NCBI GenBank assembly: GCA_030141605.1
Contig: JAQGDQ010000007.1
Span: forward strand, 1,698,179 to 1,762,178
From: Tubiluchus corallicola
Lineage: Eukaryota; Animalia; Priapulida
Length of the DNA: 64,000 nucleotides
Reading direction: 5' to 3'
In this document: piece after piece, positions 26,881 through 42,792 of the stretch
Numbering within the stretch: the stretch's first letter is position 1
Layout of the letters: each line of letters begins with the position of its first letter
Position numbers and translations under genes: made by a program
Notes under the pieces: model-generated
What the model was told of the DNA's origin: nothing
The model's input: the letters and a program-made list of their open reading frames with translations, nothing else
Databases searched by the model: none

Positions 26881-29800
26881 AAATTTGGCCTTAACAGATC
26901 AGACTAAAAGTTGTTTTAGTAAGTTAGAACGCATTTATCCTATTAGAAGAAGCTAAGATCGATTAAACTGTTTGGTCTAAACCTAGAGCATTGAACATAA
27001 TTCAAAGAGCCAAGAAGTGTTTCTGTAAATCCATGTCTTTAGAAGTGGTTACTTGATCATTTCTTGTCAAAGAGGCATTACATCTTTGCGAAAAATATTG
27101 GTTTAGCATTGTGTTCAAATGGCGGCCTATGTGACTTGAGCTAACACACGGCTTGATTGCAAAATTAAAACTCTGCATATTTAGAAATTTTATCTTCCAA
27201 AATAGTTTAAAATAGTACAATTAAAGTTTTTAAAAATTTGCAATAAATCGCAAACTAATAATACAAGAAAACAGCTTATTGGTAAGTGTTAAAATTAAAA
27301 GTATGCTAAATATAAAATTACCTAGAAATGAGTGATATAGTAATTGACAATTTTGAATGAAGGCGGTAAAATTAATCGATGTACTTAAAACCTGTAATCC
27401 ACCCATTTGCAATGTGTCTTGAATACATGTATAGGGTATAGGCATTGGGTAAATTGATCGAACAAAGAAAATCAATGAAGTTATGAAATGAACGAAAAAG
27501 AGCTAGGACGTGTCCTGATTTTCAGTCTATAGTATAAGTACAAAAGTTCTCAATGCTTTCTTCTAACATCTGTTCCTTTATCATTGCTTTGATATTTCTC
27601 TTTCTCCTTTCGACTTTCTTTCTCTCGTCTTTTAACTGATGTCGCTTCTTAGTCGCTCTCACACTCCATACTACCCATTGTTTTACAGTTTCTATTTTCG
27701 TCACCCTTCCAGACTATCCTTTGCATTTGCAAGATTTGCATCTGAATATCAGAAGTGATGCAGCTGGTGGCATCTTGCAACACAAGAAATCGTATGCTTA
27801 TTGCCTCAGATAAATCTAATTTTTCAGTAACAGACAAAAATGTAAATTTGCCGAATGTCAGTAGAATCATAAAAGCTAAGTTTTTATACGCTATTTTGAA
27901 GATTATAGCCTTTGACTATACTTTCCTGCAATACAAAATCAAGTTTCACTCAACAAATTAAATTGGAACATATTAACAGATGTTAACAAAAATTTTAAGC
28001 AAAGAGTCATTTAAACAATGCAGCAACACTTCTTTTTCATTCAGTGAAATTTGTTATGACTATGAACGAACTAATAACAGTAACGTGTGCCGTGGTAGTA
28101 ATAAATTCAGCGCACTTATTATTTTCGAAACATTTTCGACATGTTATTCGCCAGATTACGTTTATCCGAAAAGCTAGTTTTCATGGCAATAGTTTGTATT
28201 TTCCACACTGATAACTATACAGTTTTCAACTCTTGAAATTGGTAGAATACTGATTGAAGAAGTGAAAAGCTTTATCAGCGTCTACGTTTAAGACTTTCCC
28301 CATGGGATGGCAAAATTGTCGAATATCATATGAAAGGTAAATGAAAAATAATATGTGGTCGTATTGATTTCCTCTCCCCATATATTACTTACGTTAGTGA
28401 TTCCCTCGAACTGAGTCTACTAAGACTGTGCGTCCAAACAACGTAATCGTACACCAAGCCATCTCACAGCTTATTCTCACAGAAGATTGTCGATAAACAC
28501 ATAATAGTTTGGTCAGGTTATCAGGTGGCTGCTCTTACTATATTTATTCCTCTGTATCTATATTCTACACTTCATGAATAAATCAGCGCGTGGTTGATGC
28601 ATCTCACTTAGGATGTATATTGAGAATTGTAGTCAGATAGTGTTGATCAATGAAACAAGAGTATCAACACATCTACAGTAGCAATGAACCCACCAAATAA
28701 AGCCAATATTATGACTGTTTTTTGTCTTGCTTGTCTTTTTCTGCATATTATTTCCTGTATTGAATTGTATTATTTTTGCAGTCTTCTTAAACTATTTACA
28801 TTGCCGTCTTTCTTCTCTTCCCGCTGCATCTATTTGCACTTCCCTTCCCTTTCTCTCTCCCTTAAACGCGTGGATGTACTGATCATTAATACTGTCCTTA
28901 AAAATAGCCTATAAAATAAAGTTGAGCGGCTGAGTGAAAATAGCCTGATTCCAATCTGCCCTTTTAAAGGTTAGCACTAACAGCAACCCATGAAATCGTG
29001 CGTTGAGTTCAATTTGGCAGGATCGACTGTTCACATGTGATTTACGCATCTGAACTGCTCGGTGTATTGATGATTGGACTTTCTCAGTAATCCGATGCTT
29101 GAGGCAAGAAAAGAACATCGACGTAGAGTTAGATTGTGTGCCTAAGCATCCTGTTTTCTGCGTTTGCCCGAAGCACCGTCTAGCATAAATTATCGACGTT
29201 ACTCACTCGTGAATGTTATGCAAATGAACATTGTATGGAAGACGTCACTCATATATTTGCTAACTGTATAGCCTCGTTATTGGTTTGTAAATAATGCAGC
29301 GTGAAGCCACTTAATTAAACTGCATTGTGAGGCATAACAGGTGACCTTTCACTTTCAGGTCAAGGGCATTAAAATCAACCAATTAGCCGTTGCCTTACTG
29401 AATTTTTTATTTGTCTACATAGAAAAGCTAACTTGTTACACATTTTATCGTCAGTTTTCCTATTGAAATTGCTTAAAATTTAGAATTTCATGTGCCTCCC
29501 ATTTTCTTATCGTAACCTTATTTGACTAATGTATGACGGTTCAGTGTAAACTATAATCCCATCTGATCTACATAGGCTAAGCTCCAGGGATTTGGGCCAC
29601 AACTGGCTGATGTTCAATTACCGTCCTTAATTGGCATCTCGGAAGCACAAGAGTATTTCAAAGCTTACAAATACCATTAAAGCCGCTTGCCGCGGCTCCG
29701 AAAGTACGTCATTACAAATGCTCAAACTATCTTTGGTCGCCTTTTGATAATTTACTCGCGCCTGCTTTTTTTTTACTTGGGCGAATACAACATACAATAA

Positions 29801-32800
29801 TTATGGAAATTGATAGTAGTATTCTAGTACTAGTAGGCTAATTTTTATACAAAGATATCTTAATGTGGTGTCTGCAGAAAAAGTTACCCTTGCAGCAACT
29901 AAGGCAACTCTGAAAGTATCAGTCAAGTTAGTGTCAACAACGTAAAGTTTTTTCATGGAATTTTTGCATGGCAGCTAGGATACTGGTACCACATTTTTCG
30001 TTTTGAACAGTTTAAACGTCAGCAACAATTGAAATTTTTCGTTTTCGTACAAGTCCTTCATGTCTGACAGCATATTACAAACCTTATTAGGCAACCGTAA
30101 ATGCGGAAATAAGTTCAGATACGCTCTTAACACTGCTCAAGACGTGTCCACACTTTGACTTTTTGCAACAAACTGTAAATCTGGACGTATCGGATTTTTG
30201 AAGTCCATCTCTTTCTAAACACTCATAATATCACGCAAAAACGTTTTCATGAAATTATGTGCCACGGACGGATGAATGGCGAATTATTAGGGTAACAACC
30301 CAGTGAAGGAAGCGTAATTTGGCGTAATGTGGAGAGTTGCTGCTTATTGCCTATATTTTTGCGTTTCAATAGCGTATTGGCCGAGACACTCGCAGCCTGA
30401 GGTGAATCTTGGGTGAGGGCGAACATTCTCGAAAAATAAAAAAACAAGCCTCCATAAATTCAGATTCAAATCCTTAAGCATGAGAGTGTGTAGAAGTGCA
30501 AATTATTAGATTATTATGCTCGTGGTTGATTGACCGACAGTATGCACGGTGCTTGTGACTAATTATCACTTGACTTGGCCTGGCCACTGCAGTTTACTCA
30601 TCTGTGAGGAGTTTGCAATTTGCGGTAAGTTTCACATTCTGGTTCCGTTCTTAGGTTTTTAAGCAACCCTTGCTTTTTAACCGTACTATTGTAAGAAGAT
30701 TTTGATTCTTACCCCAGGTGAGTAACAGGTTGCAGGTTTTGTAACCCTGTCCCTCTAATTTTGCGAGTTAATATAAATTAAAAATGGATGTCTAACATAA
30801 ATAAAAGTAATCAATGTACAGGTTCCCTTAGATCCCGCTGCTCGCGTATAATAATTTCTAACATTCACTGTTTTAATTTAAATGGCAACATACACACATT
30901 AAATACACGTTTTAACAGCTTAAGTAAATGAATGTAGTTAACGTTAAAGTTTTGATTTCTATGCTTAATAAGTGCCGTGGAACACTTTCAACAAAGTTGA
31001 TTTCTAAGTTTTCAAATACATTTTGTTTCATTGCGATTGAAGTTGATGATTAGCACACGAGTGGGCTGTAGTGTGACGACTCGTAGATGATGGTTAATCG
31101 TTCAAAATTCCTATATGTGTAATCTAAATTTTTTTATTTAATTTCAACATATATACCGTTTTAAATCGTGTTTAGTTAAATGATTTTTATTGGCCATCTG
31201 TAAAAATGGTAGCAGAGTTGAATTGTATGTCAGTGCACAGAAAAGACCAAAAATTTAATGTGATCTGCAATGAAGCAAATTAACTAGAGTATTTATTAAA
31301 ACTAGTACGTATAGTGAACGGGATTCTGTAGACGAATAATAGTAAATGAAATTATAATCATCTGCATGAATTTATTTGCGTGAACTCAAAGTCTGACCAT
31401 TTTGGTTTAGTAATACAACTACGTTTGGCCTGCAAGTGCTTTTCGAAATTTTGAAACCAGTTCGGCGATTTTAAGTGAAGTTATCTGTATCAACAATTGT
31501 CCTTAAATGTTCTGGAATGCAAATTTAATTTACATCTTAGCTTAATGACACATTTGTCAAAAATGACTATGGAGCTGCAGTTTTTTACCCTTTACATAGC
31601 GTTGCTGTGAAATTTCTGCGCAGGAAAAGCTCATGCTACATTCATGAGCTTTCTAGTGTAAATAAAAGCGTGTAAGGTGCCGCAATTACTTGCCAGTGCC
31701 CTGTACTCCAATGCAACAGCAAATAGTGAAAAACATGAAAATTACCCAGAGTAATGAAACTGGATGGACGGCGGAGTTTTCATGCTTTTCATTCATTGGT
31801 AAATGATTTTGTATATATTACTGTACACTTGAATCGTCTTTTTCGATTGCACGTGGAAAAACTGTAAGTACACAAATGCACCCCAAAAGCGTAGTGATAA
31901 AGAAGTGTAAACCCATGTCGTAAAGGCAGTGCATCAGCATACCATGCCTCACATCCACTTATCATAACCCGTCAGGTAAACGCATATGCATGCTATTAGA
32001 TAAAAATAACACTGAAACTTTGCGTGATAATGTTAGTAAGGAATTGAGCATGTCATAAATGATTAATTAGCCAAGTCTCCAATCATGTTATTTGTGCTCT
32101 ACACTGCTTTTGAAGTAAAAACAGTTATCGGCAGCAAACTTTGTATGTGTATTTTATACATGTATTTTATGCATTTTATAAATTATAACACTGCCACCCC
32201 TGTGATTACATTTGTTGTTAAAGTTTTTTGTATGAGGAAAAAGTATAAATACTTTTTCATGAAAAAGTGTAAATAGCATTAAAATGTTGTTCAAATAAAA
32301 AAGCTTCAGTGTTTTGAAAACAATTTATGTCACGAATAACAGAGAAACTATAGCTTCTGATTAAAATCACGAAATTACATTATTGCTTGTGATCCAACTT
32401 GCGAATTTTTAATTTCCTTTATTAAAAAAATGAACAGTTTGACCAACAACAAGCTAACCGAATTAAACATTTAATAAATTTACGGACATTTTTGAAACGG
32501 TCACTATAAAAAAGGATACGCCTACAGCCGTAGTGTGAACGCTAAAGTTTTAACTTTTGTAATAGTCGTAAAGTTAAAAGAATTAATTTATTAATCATCA
32601 GGTGAATTTTCAAACCACCTGGTAAGTCTTCGGCATTGGCATAAACAAATGGCCTAATATTAGACAGTTTTCTTGTGCTAGAAATATTTATAATTCAAGT
32701 ATGATTGTGCGCTTTTATTGATCTCACTGATTTTCACGCCTCAAGCGCCCTACTCTGGTAATAGTACACAGATATGAAAGCTTTTACCGGGCTACAGAAA

Positions 32801-33294
32801 GCATTCTAGATTTATTATCCTCCGTTGTAAAACAAGGAAAGGCTTTGCCGCTGTGGAAGGAACTTTATGATATAATTAGCAGCTCTTGCTCATTATTGCC
32901 GTGACATGGTCATGACACTGAGCAAGGTGATGGTTGCACCACTAAAAATATTTTGCTCAGCTAATTTACCTACTGATAATCTGGAAAACAGACTTGGTGC
33001 TGACAAGTCAAGTACTTTTTTCATTTTCTTTTCATTTAGTTGGGAACTTTACCAAGGCCCAGTGTAATTAATTATGTGGCATAAGGGATCAACAACAGCT
33101 TGCATGAATTACATGAATAATATACATGTATTTGCAACAAAATCAGTAGAACGTTTTTACTCTATTTGAGCCTTTTTCAGCTATATAGCTACCTTTTTTT
33201 CAGTTACATAGCTGAGCAAAGTATTGCCTTTAAATGACGTTACAAACCCACAGTTAATTAACGTTGATGCCAAACTTACAAAACAGGAAACGTG

Positions 33295-33375
33295 AAAAAG
33301 TTGGCATGCAGTCTGAATTTGAACCAAGAGCATTCTGCTGAATATGCAGAGATGGCTTAGATCACTAGGTCATAT
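33295..33375 (-). mobile_element. Decayed tRNA-derived SINE head (tentative)
   Basis: Minus strand has A-box-like TGACCTAGTGA and B-box-like GGTTCAAATTC at tRNA-like spacing, then a T-run; no intact cloverleaf. Confidence 0.3.
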
Positions 33376-36300
33376 TTACAATGACATTTGCTTGCATGAG
33401 AATTGTGGGCACTACACCTGCCGATGGGAAAGAAAAATCGACGTGTGTAAAACCTCTGCATAAATATTCTGTCTAAATTGTTATAGCTAAGAAAGGCTAT
33501 TATTTTGTTTTTTAAATTGCAGACCCTATACACGGCGACACTGAGTTACTACAAATGTGCCATTGTTGAACTTCAAAATTCATTTCCCAGTCTTTACAAC
33601 ATGAAAATGTCGCGTAGGGCCCAGCACAAATGGCAGCTTTTCTTAGCATTTTAGATGGTTTTTGCATTCGTAGGCACGATTGCAGGTGTTTTACGGTTTC
33701 GTTGTCGAGAGTTGCTGTCATGGGATTTCTGCCATTTTGTGAACTGAATGCCAAGCATTGAAATATAAAATTTTCGTTTGCATTTATACTTGTTTGTAGA
33801 AGAAAATTGGACGAGGTTTTCTACGTAGAGTTGTAGGCGGAAATCCGCCTACCGCTTCAAATGCCTGAATATCCTAACGCTCTGTTTGCTTTCCTGACAT
33901 TTTCATGATGACTGTGGTCACAGAGTTCAATTTTAAGTTGTGTGACCAACTTACTCACATCCCAAAGAAAAAACATCTTCTTGAATTATCTTTATTTTTA
34001 AAGGCATTGGAAATAAATTTAGGCATATTTTCACATAACAGTTTAACTGATGCAAAGAAATTCGCATTTTTATTTATGTAATTTGGAATTGTTTGGGTGG
34101 GCGGCGGGGAAGGAGTAAAAATCGTGTAGCATGTAGGGTGTCGGCATGCTTTTTCTTTTATTGGCGTATCACGTATTTATCTGAGCACTGTTCAAAACAG
34201 TGAGAATCCGCGAGAATTATTACAGCCGCAAATATTCATTTCTAAATTATCATCATTATTTAAAACTTCCACTGATCTCCCTGCTCATATATAATATGCC
34301 ACTTGAATTACGTATGATCTTTTCACATGGACTGTATAAGAATTTTCCCTTTTAACGCTACTCTAAGATCAAAGATGTAAGGTAATCCCCAGGTAATGTC
34401 ATTTTGTGGGAAGGTAAAGTCTTTGGCTCTGGGCAATTCAATTCTAGGAATTTTTTATCTGAAAAACCTTTTGATTCAATCATCATCAAGACACAAGGGA
34501 ATATCTTTAATCTCTTGTTGAGGCTATCCGCAAACATTTTTTCGTACAGCTGGGCAATTCATACAGTGGGAATACAGTACTTAACAACAGAGCCGATTTA
34601 TAAATTTTAGTTTATTATCAAAAATAATCCTTGTAAATGAGATACAGAACTGAATACTGAACGTTCTTGCCACGTTTAGATACTATATTTTGCATACTCC
34701 CTGTACGAGATAAACAGGCGTGAGCAGCATGGCAAATGAAATCGGCCAGATGCAATCTACTGGGTTTCGCCCTTGTTAATGACCTGGCCAGGTATCCTTC
34801 ACTTGCTCGCCGTGATCATTCAGCTGTTGCCTATTTAACTTGATGGTCTTGAAGTAAAATGTGTTTATATACGGCAATGTTTGCTTCGAAGTTCTTTTAA
34901 TTAATTTCTAGTAGCTTACCAAATTTTATGGAAAAACTTCAGTCTAAACAGATACATAGTGGTTCCATCTTTTATAACTGAAATAACGCTTAAAATTTAA
35001 TGTTATTTTTTTTGTCTTTTGTTAATTTTCTAAAAAGAAGTGCTTTATTTTTATTAACTGAAATTGACTAACATTTATTAATTATTTATTAACTGAAAAT
35101 CGTGTAAAATTTTGAAATTATTTCGTAAGTGCCATTTTATACGCTTTCCAAGCCAATTGACTTGCAATGCCCAAGATGTTTTTTACATGAAGCGCATTGT
35201 ATCTTCATATTCAAACGTCATTAATCATGCTAATACCAGCTTCGCAGGCAAATTCACACGCGCCCTACATGTTTTCGACCATAGGATACATTGAGTATGA
35301 CATATCATACAGTCATACTATGTCAACTGCAAACATACGTGTACTGTGTAGGGATATGTGTCTCTAAGTTATCTCTATAGCAGACAGACAGATTGCGCTT
35401 GTAAGGGAAACTGGGGCTGCAGAAGAAGCGAATTCATACCAATGATCGCGTACATCTAACAAATTTTCTTAGAAAATCCATCGATTGTTATCCCCATGGG
35501 GCGGCTGATTGAAAATTTGCCCCAAATAGCTTTTGTGTACGGCAGGATTATATAAATATTGGAACGGACTACAATTCATCGAAGAGTTGCCCATCAGAGA
35601 ATTTCAGTAAGGCAAATTTGGCTTTTAGAAATGTGCCACAGGAAGCAAACATCAATATCTGACGTTTAAAACCACTTAAAAGTCGTCTGAGCCCAAAGTC
35701 CCATGGGTGAGCTGATCGATTCTCCAAATAAAAATGAAATACTTCAAACTTTGCAGTGAAGTCAGACTTAATCATAATTTGGCTAATAATTTTCTTAACG
35801 ACATATTTTGCCTTCCAGCAATCAAATCAATTTGTCAATTTGGAAAAGTACAACCCGAGACGTATTTTCAACTCAGCTATAGTAACAGGGTTTGAAAACT
35901 TTCTATACATTCTATAACTTTCAAATATTTTAATTTATTGTTTTTAATAAATAATAATCATTTATCATTTATAGCATAACGTAGTGGCAAAGCAAAGTAC
36001 GAGGAAAATATTACAAAAAAATTTACGTAGATGTTACAAGTAGTTTACACCCTCAAGAATTTGTCACTTCAATTGAAAATTGGTTTTCTTAATCAAACTT
36101 CGTTGAAAACAAAGCGCAATGTCACGTGTGTATAGTAATTCGAGATTCATTACGCGAAACTACGTTTCATGCCAATAAAATAATCTCATTTCGGAAATTT
36201 AAACAATATTTTCCTTAATGCCACCAGTATCCAAAATACTGTAAGCTACAAATGGGAAAAGTTTAATTAGTAATGTATTGTTCAATTTATTGTACTTAAT

Positions 36301-39300
36301 TGGACTATAAATGTCACCAATGTGATGTCTGCAGAAAATTTAAAGTTGCGTGTTCATTTATTTCTGCAATTTGCATCTGTCCCGTTTTTTATATTCCTGA
36401 TGCAATAATTTCTGTATAGTATTGTGTATAGTAGTCACATTCCATTTTATGTGGTTTGCAGCAGACTGTGATGTAAATGCTTGGTGTCGCCATAGCCGCA
36501 ACTGTGTAAGTATGAACATTCCCTAAATGAAAGCTTTATCAGTATTTACATCAGTATTTCTCTGATGGGCAACTCTTCGATGTTCGTTATAAAGAAAGTT
36601 TTATCTTCAGATCATCATGCAGAGTCTACTCCAGAGTTGTAATTACTGTGATCACTACAATTGCAAAAGTTAAGTAGCAACGAGCTTGATTAGTAAATGG
36701 ATGGTAAATTTAATTAGTAAATGGTAACTGCCAGAAAACCTGCTTCTGGGTGTTTTCATCTGCCAGATGCCTTCATTGATGGAAAATAGATGTAATGTAA
36801 TATGTAATCTGATAATATGTAATCTGGTGGAGAATAGATAATATGTAAGATGGAGAATAGATATACATGCAAACGTGCCTAAGTCACATCTGTCATTGTC
36901 ACTTAAGTACCTACTTTTGGAGAATTATCAAATTAGGTCAGGTCGTTTCTAATATTGAACTAGGTTTCAGACCCACCACAAGTACTCAACAAAACAGTAG
37001 ACCCTGCAACTTGGTTCTGACTTCCAGTCGTCGAACAGAATAAAAAGTAATTTTGCTTTGATAATTTTGCTTAGGATATTCAAAACATGGAACATTTTTA
37101 ACGGAAAAAATAATATAATGTATAAATAATTTGAATTTTTTGTTGAGCATTCATATACCATGAGTGAACTGCAATAATTTGTAGAATTATTATAAATTTG
37201 GCATTTCTGCAGTTGGTAGCATGATCTATATGTGGGTCGTCAGTTATATTTGTCACTTTGCTGCCCTTGCTGTTCCGTGCTATATCGATCAGCACAGTAT
37301 TACTTATGCAATGTTTGTTCACTACATTAACCACACTTTAATCAAAATTTATTGCCAGCTTTCTCAATCCATTATCACATTTAATCACCCCTCAGCTTCC
37401 GCAGGCTTCTACGCACATGGTTTCCATTCACCTTGCGATCTTCCTCGTGATTACTGGCTGCGTTTTTCTTTGTAAAAGTGACTGTGAGCTGTAATAGCAG
37501 TAATTATTTTTGACTACACCTATCAGCAGGGCATTGTTTGCGGAAAAGCGCCTGACACAATCTATTTTTTGCGGCCTTTGCATGACTGGTTTATATATGT
37601 GTGAATGTCAAAACGCTATGAGTCTCGCCAAATGTAGAAGTCTCAGAAAATGCATTTTATGGGTAATATGAGACAATAGCGAATAGCTGAGTGGTCACAG
37701 TGTGTGCTTAACAGCTGAATCAACAGACTGTACGATTACTGATTTACAAATGTCAATGAAAAGTGACAGTTTACATGTAAAATAGTATTCTGGTATAGGT
37801 TTTTCCAATTTTTTTCGAATATAACTATTGAGTAGGGTAAACCATAGTTGGTATCAGGCCAGTTTTCCAGATCGTTTACCCCACGCTGTTAGCTGGCGTG
37901 TATGCGTCTGAGAAAATTTCCGGCTATTAAGCCATTCTTCAGAATAATAAATGCTGATTTTTTTCAACAAATTGGCGCTTAGTAAGAAACTTGTGAACAA
38001 AACTGATTCAATTAATACTTAAGTACTAAAACTTATAATATTACATGAGTTCTATGACCCTTTTATCTTGCAAAAATATCCTCAGTGGCTATCCGTTACC
38101 CATTTCAAGCACAAGCATTTCACAAGTATTTCCAGTACTGGTGCTAACTCAGTTAAATTCAAAAGATTGTGTGTTCTGAAAAATCTCAACTGTCCAACTT
38201 CGAAGGGGGTTCGTTTGCATGTGCGTGAAAATAAGCTGTTTCTTGAGCTCTACACGCGGCCGACCTTGTGCTAATCGACGTATTGATATTTGCTTCTGGT
38301 GCACATCTCGCAGACTTCAACACTGATGGAAGGAATGAGCCATTATATAAAACGTGATTGCAACAAATACTCGGCGTCCATGCACGCGACTAATTGGACC
38401 ATTCACTGGAATATGTAAAAATTTTCTGTGCAATTAGCAGCTAATCACTGAACGTAATTTCAATTGCATTTCTTATCTTCGATTTTATGGTTGTTTTAAT
38501 GGCCGTGTTTAGGAAAAACGAAGTCACTCAATATTTGGTAAGGAGCATGCGCAATAGAATAGATAGACTAAAGGACATGGTCTGTGCCGATAGGTTAACA
38601 ATACAAAATAGTCAGTATGGATGGGTTGCTGTTGCTGTTCATATTGTTGTACCCATTAGTAAGGATTTTGCAAAACCTGAAAAGTTGGTGTAATCAAGGA
38701 TGGTTTTGCACTGAGCAGTTCCTTACCGCATGTCACCTGTTATATGTAGTTATAAAATGTCGAAAGACCGCAAAACAAAATTGCAGTAAAACAAAGTTGA
38801 AAATTAAAGGGCAAAATGGCCATAAGGTAGAAATTTATATGGAAATTATGTGAAGATGGTTCTGCCCAATTTTCTATCCAAGGGCGTTTTGTTCCACATT
38901 AGGTACATTTTTTGATCACTTTGCTTGCCAATGACTGTTTTTGTGCTTATAATCCTACGTACCAATCTTTTCTTCAGTTTCTTTTACGTTCTTTTATTTA
39001 TGTCGCGCATTTCACTTTACAAATTTCCTTCATTTTTCCTACACCTGTATCACACACACTTTGTCCCTGAATCGCACACCTGTAACCTGTAACTGAATTA
39101 ATCAGCGGTCTCCTTTTAAATGACTGATATCTCCAGCAGCCATGCATTATGGTTCATTTCTTGCAATAATCAGTTTGTTCCCTCAGAGCCACTTAAAAGG
39201 TTTGTGGACCTTATCGGGAATGATTTCTGTATTTCCTTGATGGAACTGACTGAAATGAGTTTAACAGCACTTTACCCAGATCAAGCGTCAAATGCCGGCA

Positions 39301-42300
39301 AGAAAACATTTCTGTACAACTGACGATCGAAGGACTGCTGCAAGAGGCAAGCTCTGTTTTTGCAAACTTGCATGTACATGTATGATATTCAAAGAGTCTT
39401 CAACTTTTGAGAAATTTCATTATCCTTATAAAATGCAGATTTTTTTATTGTTTATAGCAATTGAACAATAATTACGCTCGCTGCACTGTTGTATACAGTG
39501 TTTTCTTGTAGTACTTGTAAAAGGTGAACTTTATTTTATTGTACTCAAGAAATTGTTATGTTATTGTATTGTTTTGTAAAACAATTTGTTCTTTCCGATT
39601 CGCACAAAAAAAAACAACTGCAAAGCTTTTAGTTGAAGCAGACTGGGATGCCCGGTAATGTGAATTTGCTCAGAAATCGGACTACCTGAACGGAAATAAA
39701 TAACCAATGATAAAGTTTCTTGGGGGATTTTGACAAATCGTATCAAGCAAAAGCATAGCCCAAGTTACCAACTTCTGATCTTCGTTTTTGCTTCCAAGGT
39801 TAGACGTTGTGTGAGAATTTTTAGTTTTTAGGTGCATCTCAAAATTAGTATTCACGGCTTGCTGCTCTTTTTGACGTTCCGAGCGAACCTTTGAGGTACA
39901 TTTATGTGTGTAAAACGGTGCCTTGAACATCTGTTTCTTAATGACGAGTAGAATGCAGATGTGCTGATTTTGATGAAATATTTATTGGGTGCATTCTGAA
40001 TTATTCATTTCAAATCCACAATGTCAAAACAATGTGGATATGTCCAAAGGAATAATCCGAAGAGCAGCTATCCTAACTTAGTTGTCTCCAAGGAGTTCTA
40101 ATTTGTTTTTTTAAATACATCTTTCAGTCACAATCTTCTAGCACCGTTCTAGCACGTTCTTTGAGCACCCTTCTCACACGTACCATGTTTCAAGATAGAA
40201 AACTGAAATACTGAAGCAATTTCAACTGAGCATCTTTGAATTACCGTTTACTCTTATAAATACTAACATTTCAACGAAAAATTGTTAGCGTCGTATTTAT
40301 ATAGTTTGGAGATAATGGTCACAAGTTCATATAAATAAAATAAAATTCCTGGCACTTTACCAAATTTTAAAAATTTGTGTAATTTTATCAAATATTATTT
40401 AATGCAAGGGGGACTTCTTGGTTTGCATGTATGAATAGCAGGTTTCTGAATACAAAACTTGTACTCGAAATCGAAATGCACAACCTATATATCCCTTCAT
40501 CATTACACATCATCGCTACTTCACGACGTCTATCGTAATAATGTACTAAAATCTTTACTAAAGTTATTGTATTAAACATTAATGTACTTTGGAATTTGAC
40601 ACTCAGTTTCGCACATTTAGTTACATTCAACTTTTGACATATATTTTGAGCTATGACAACACAGCTCCTTGAAGATGGCTGTTTGGGAACATCTAAAACT
40701 TGGAAGCTATTAAACAGCATAGATACTGAATACAATTCATATAACTTATACAGCTTATCTTTTATGTGGTATTGTTGATGCAAATGCGGTCAGCGTAAAT
40801 TATCTGAGAAACTGTGCTTATCTAGGGTATAATAAGTACACTAGTCTAGCTCCCCTGACGTACTTGCTTCTGAATATCGCCATTAAGTCTTACTCTTCTA
40901 GTGTATTGATCACGTCAATTGTATATGAACATTGCTGTTTATGACTTCTATATTCCGTAATTACTGGTGACATGCTGGTGGAACTGGTGGCCCCGCGGCA
41001 AGTATGCCGGAGTATATCGGAGACAGGCATAGTGAAGCCACAGAAATTTTTTTAGCAAGAATAAAAAGCAGAAATTACTATAGTTTGTAGCCTGTTCATT
41101 AACTGATGTTGTATTAATGAGAGTTGCATAAAATCGCCACACGATAAAAATGTAATCAAACAGTACACCTGACTATAAAGGTACGTTGCTAAGCAAATTA
41201 TCAATGTGGAATACATGTTTTTCATCTAAGCCACACATACAGTTCGTAAAACATCAGTTTACTTTTTCCTCAGCTTTCTCAACTTGTTGACATGAAAGTC
41301 AATTTATAGACCCAGTGACATGCAAACGAATTTTTCCACTCGTCTAATAGGATTTTTCCAATTCTGATTTCCGATTTCGCTGATATATGTGCATATCGTG
41401 TATCTATTTGAATTTCGTCTCACTGCACTGGCAATATTGCCGTGCTACAAGTTACTATAAAATGGCTAGTGAGTGTTACCGCAATTATTTCACATAACTT
41501 TCATTATAGTCACAGAATTTTTTCTGGAACCATATTTCATTATTAGGTTAAGTTTGGCTTGCAGAGGAGCCAAAATTGGATGCATATCCTAGTGCAACCT
41601 TTTTTCCTTCTTGATGGCTGTATCTGCATTTGATGGAAATTGGAAAATATTTAGGTTTGCGTAAGGTGCATTTTACTGGGAAGTTCCAACTGTTTCGCCT
41701 TTACTGCATACTTTCTCCTTGCTTTGCGGAGATACACCTTGTCGGCGTCTCAGCCATGGAAGTTGTAAAAGCAATATGATGCGGCAATCCAACCATAAAA
41801 CAGGCTCTTGATTGCTGCTTTTACAAGACGTCATTGCTTTTCTGTATGTTTTTAGTCTCTGGTGCACGTGCGTGCTCATTCACGCGACAAAACAAGAGTA
41901 TACTTGCAATTCCGTGCATATGGCTTCTCAGATTTGAAATCCACTGGTTTGTAATAATTGAGAGAACAATGTTGAATATTATTATATATTATTGAATTTG
42001 CTGCTTTTAGTTGTTTCTAATCAAACCGGCAGTAATATTTTTCATGTAACTGAATAAGTGAAATTAATTACTTAGGTGTGATGGTTGAAAGTAACGATTA
42101 AACATATGCGTCACGACTTCACCAATTAAAAGAAATGGCAATAAGACCTCAAACGTATTCAACAACAGCACACTGACCGTAGGATCGCCATTTTAAAGGA
42201 AGCTTTTCAATCCAAAGCCATTTAACTGTCAGTGAGCTGCATAAGAATTAATCGGAATTTACTCGCGTCATTGCTCTTAATCGTTAATAAATTCCGTTAT

Positions 42301-42792
42301 TGTGTATAAGAGAACGATTTTTCGGGCTTGGGTTTTCAGTGTTTCTTCAGTTTTTATACGTACGCTGGACTGCACATGCAAAAAACTCTCCAGGAAATGA
42401 AAAATGTAGACGCAATTAGTATGTGCTGTTTAAGCAAATTACACAAACATTAAACACTCTTTGAATACCCTGTAATGCTTTATTCATTAATCTGTCTTCC
42501 TTTCACTAAATGGTTAATCTGTCTTCCTCACACTAAATGAGCATGATAGTAATAGAGTATCAGAAAAACAATTTTCCTGGGTTTGTGGTCGTTTGGCCAG
42601 CAATATCCTAACTGAGAAGTAAAAACAACTTTGCCAGCTTATTAATACAAGCTGTAGAAGTAATTGTTTTATGTAATTAACTAACCTTACCAAAATCCTA
42701 TAGTTTTTTTTATAATTCCACTGCACTTTGTTTTTTTTTGTATATGTATTCTGTAGCTTCACACATCTCTGCTAAATTTACTCTAATAATAA

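Noticed and set aside
27500-27870. K/R/E-rich minus-strand ORF fragments (KKRHQLKDERKKVERRKRNIK...)
   Set aside because: Frameshifted, no recognisable domain or splice context; possibly transposon debris but not assignable.
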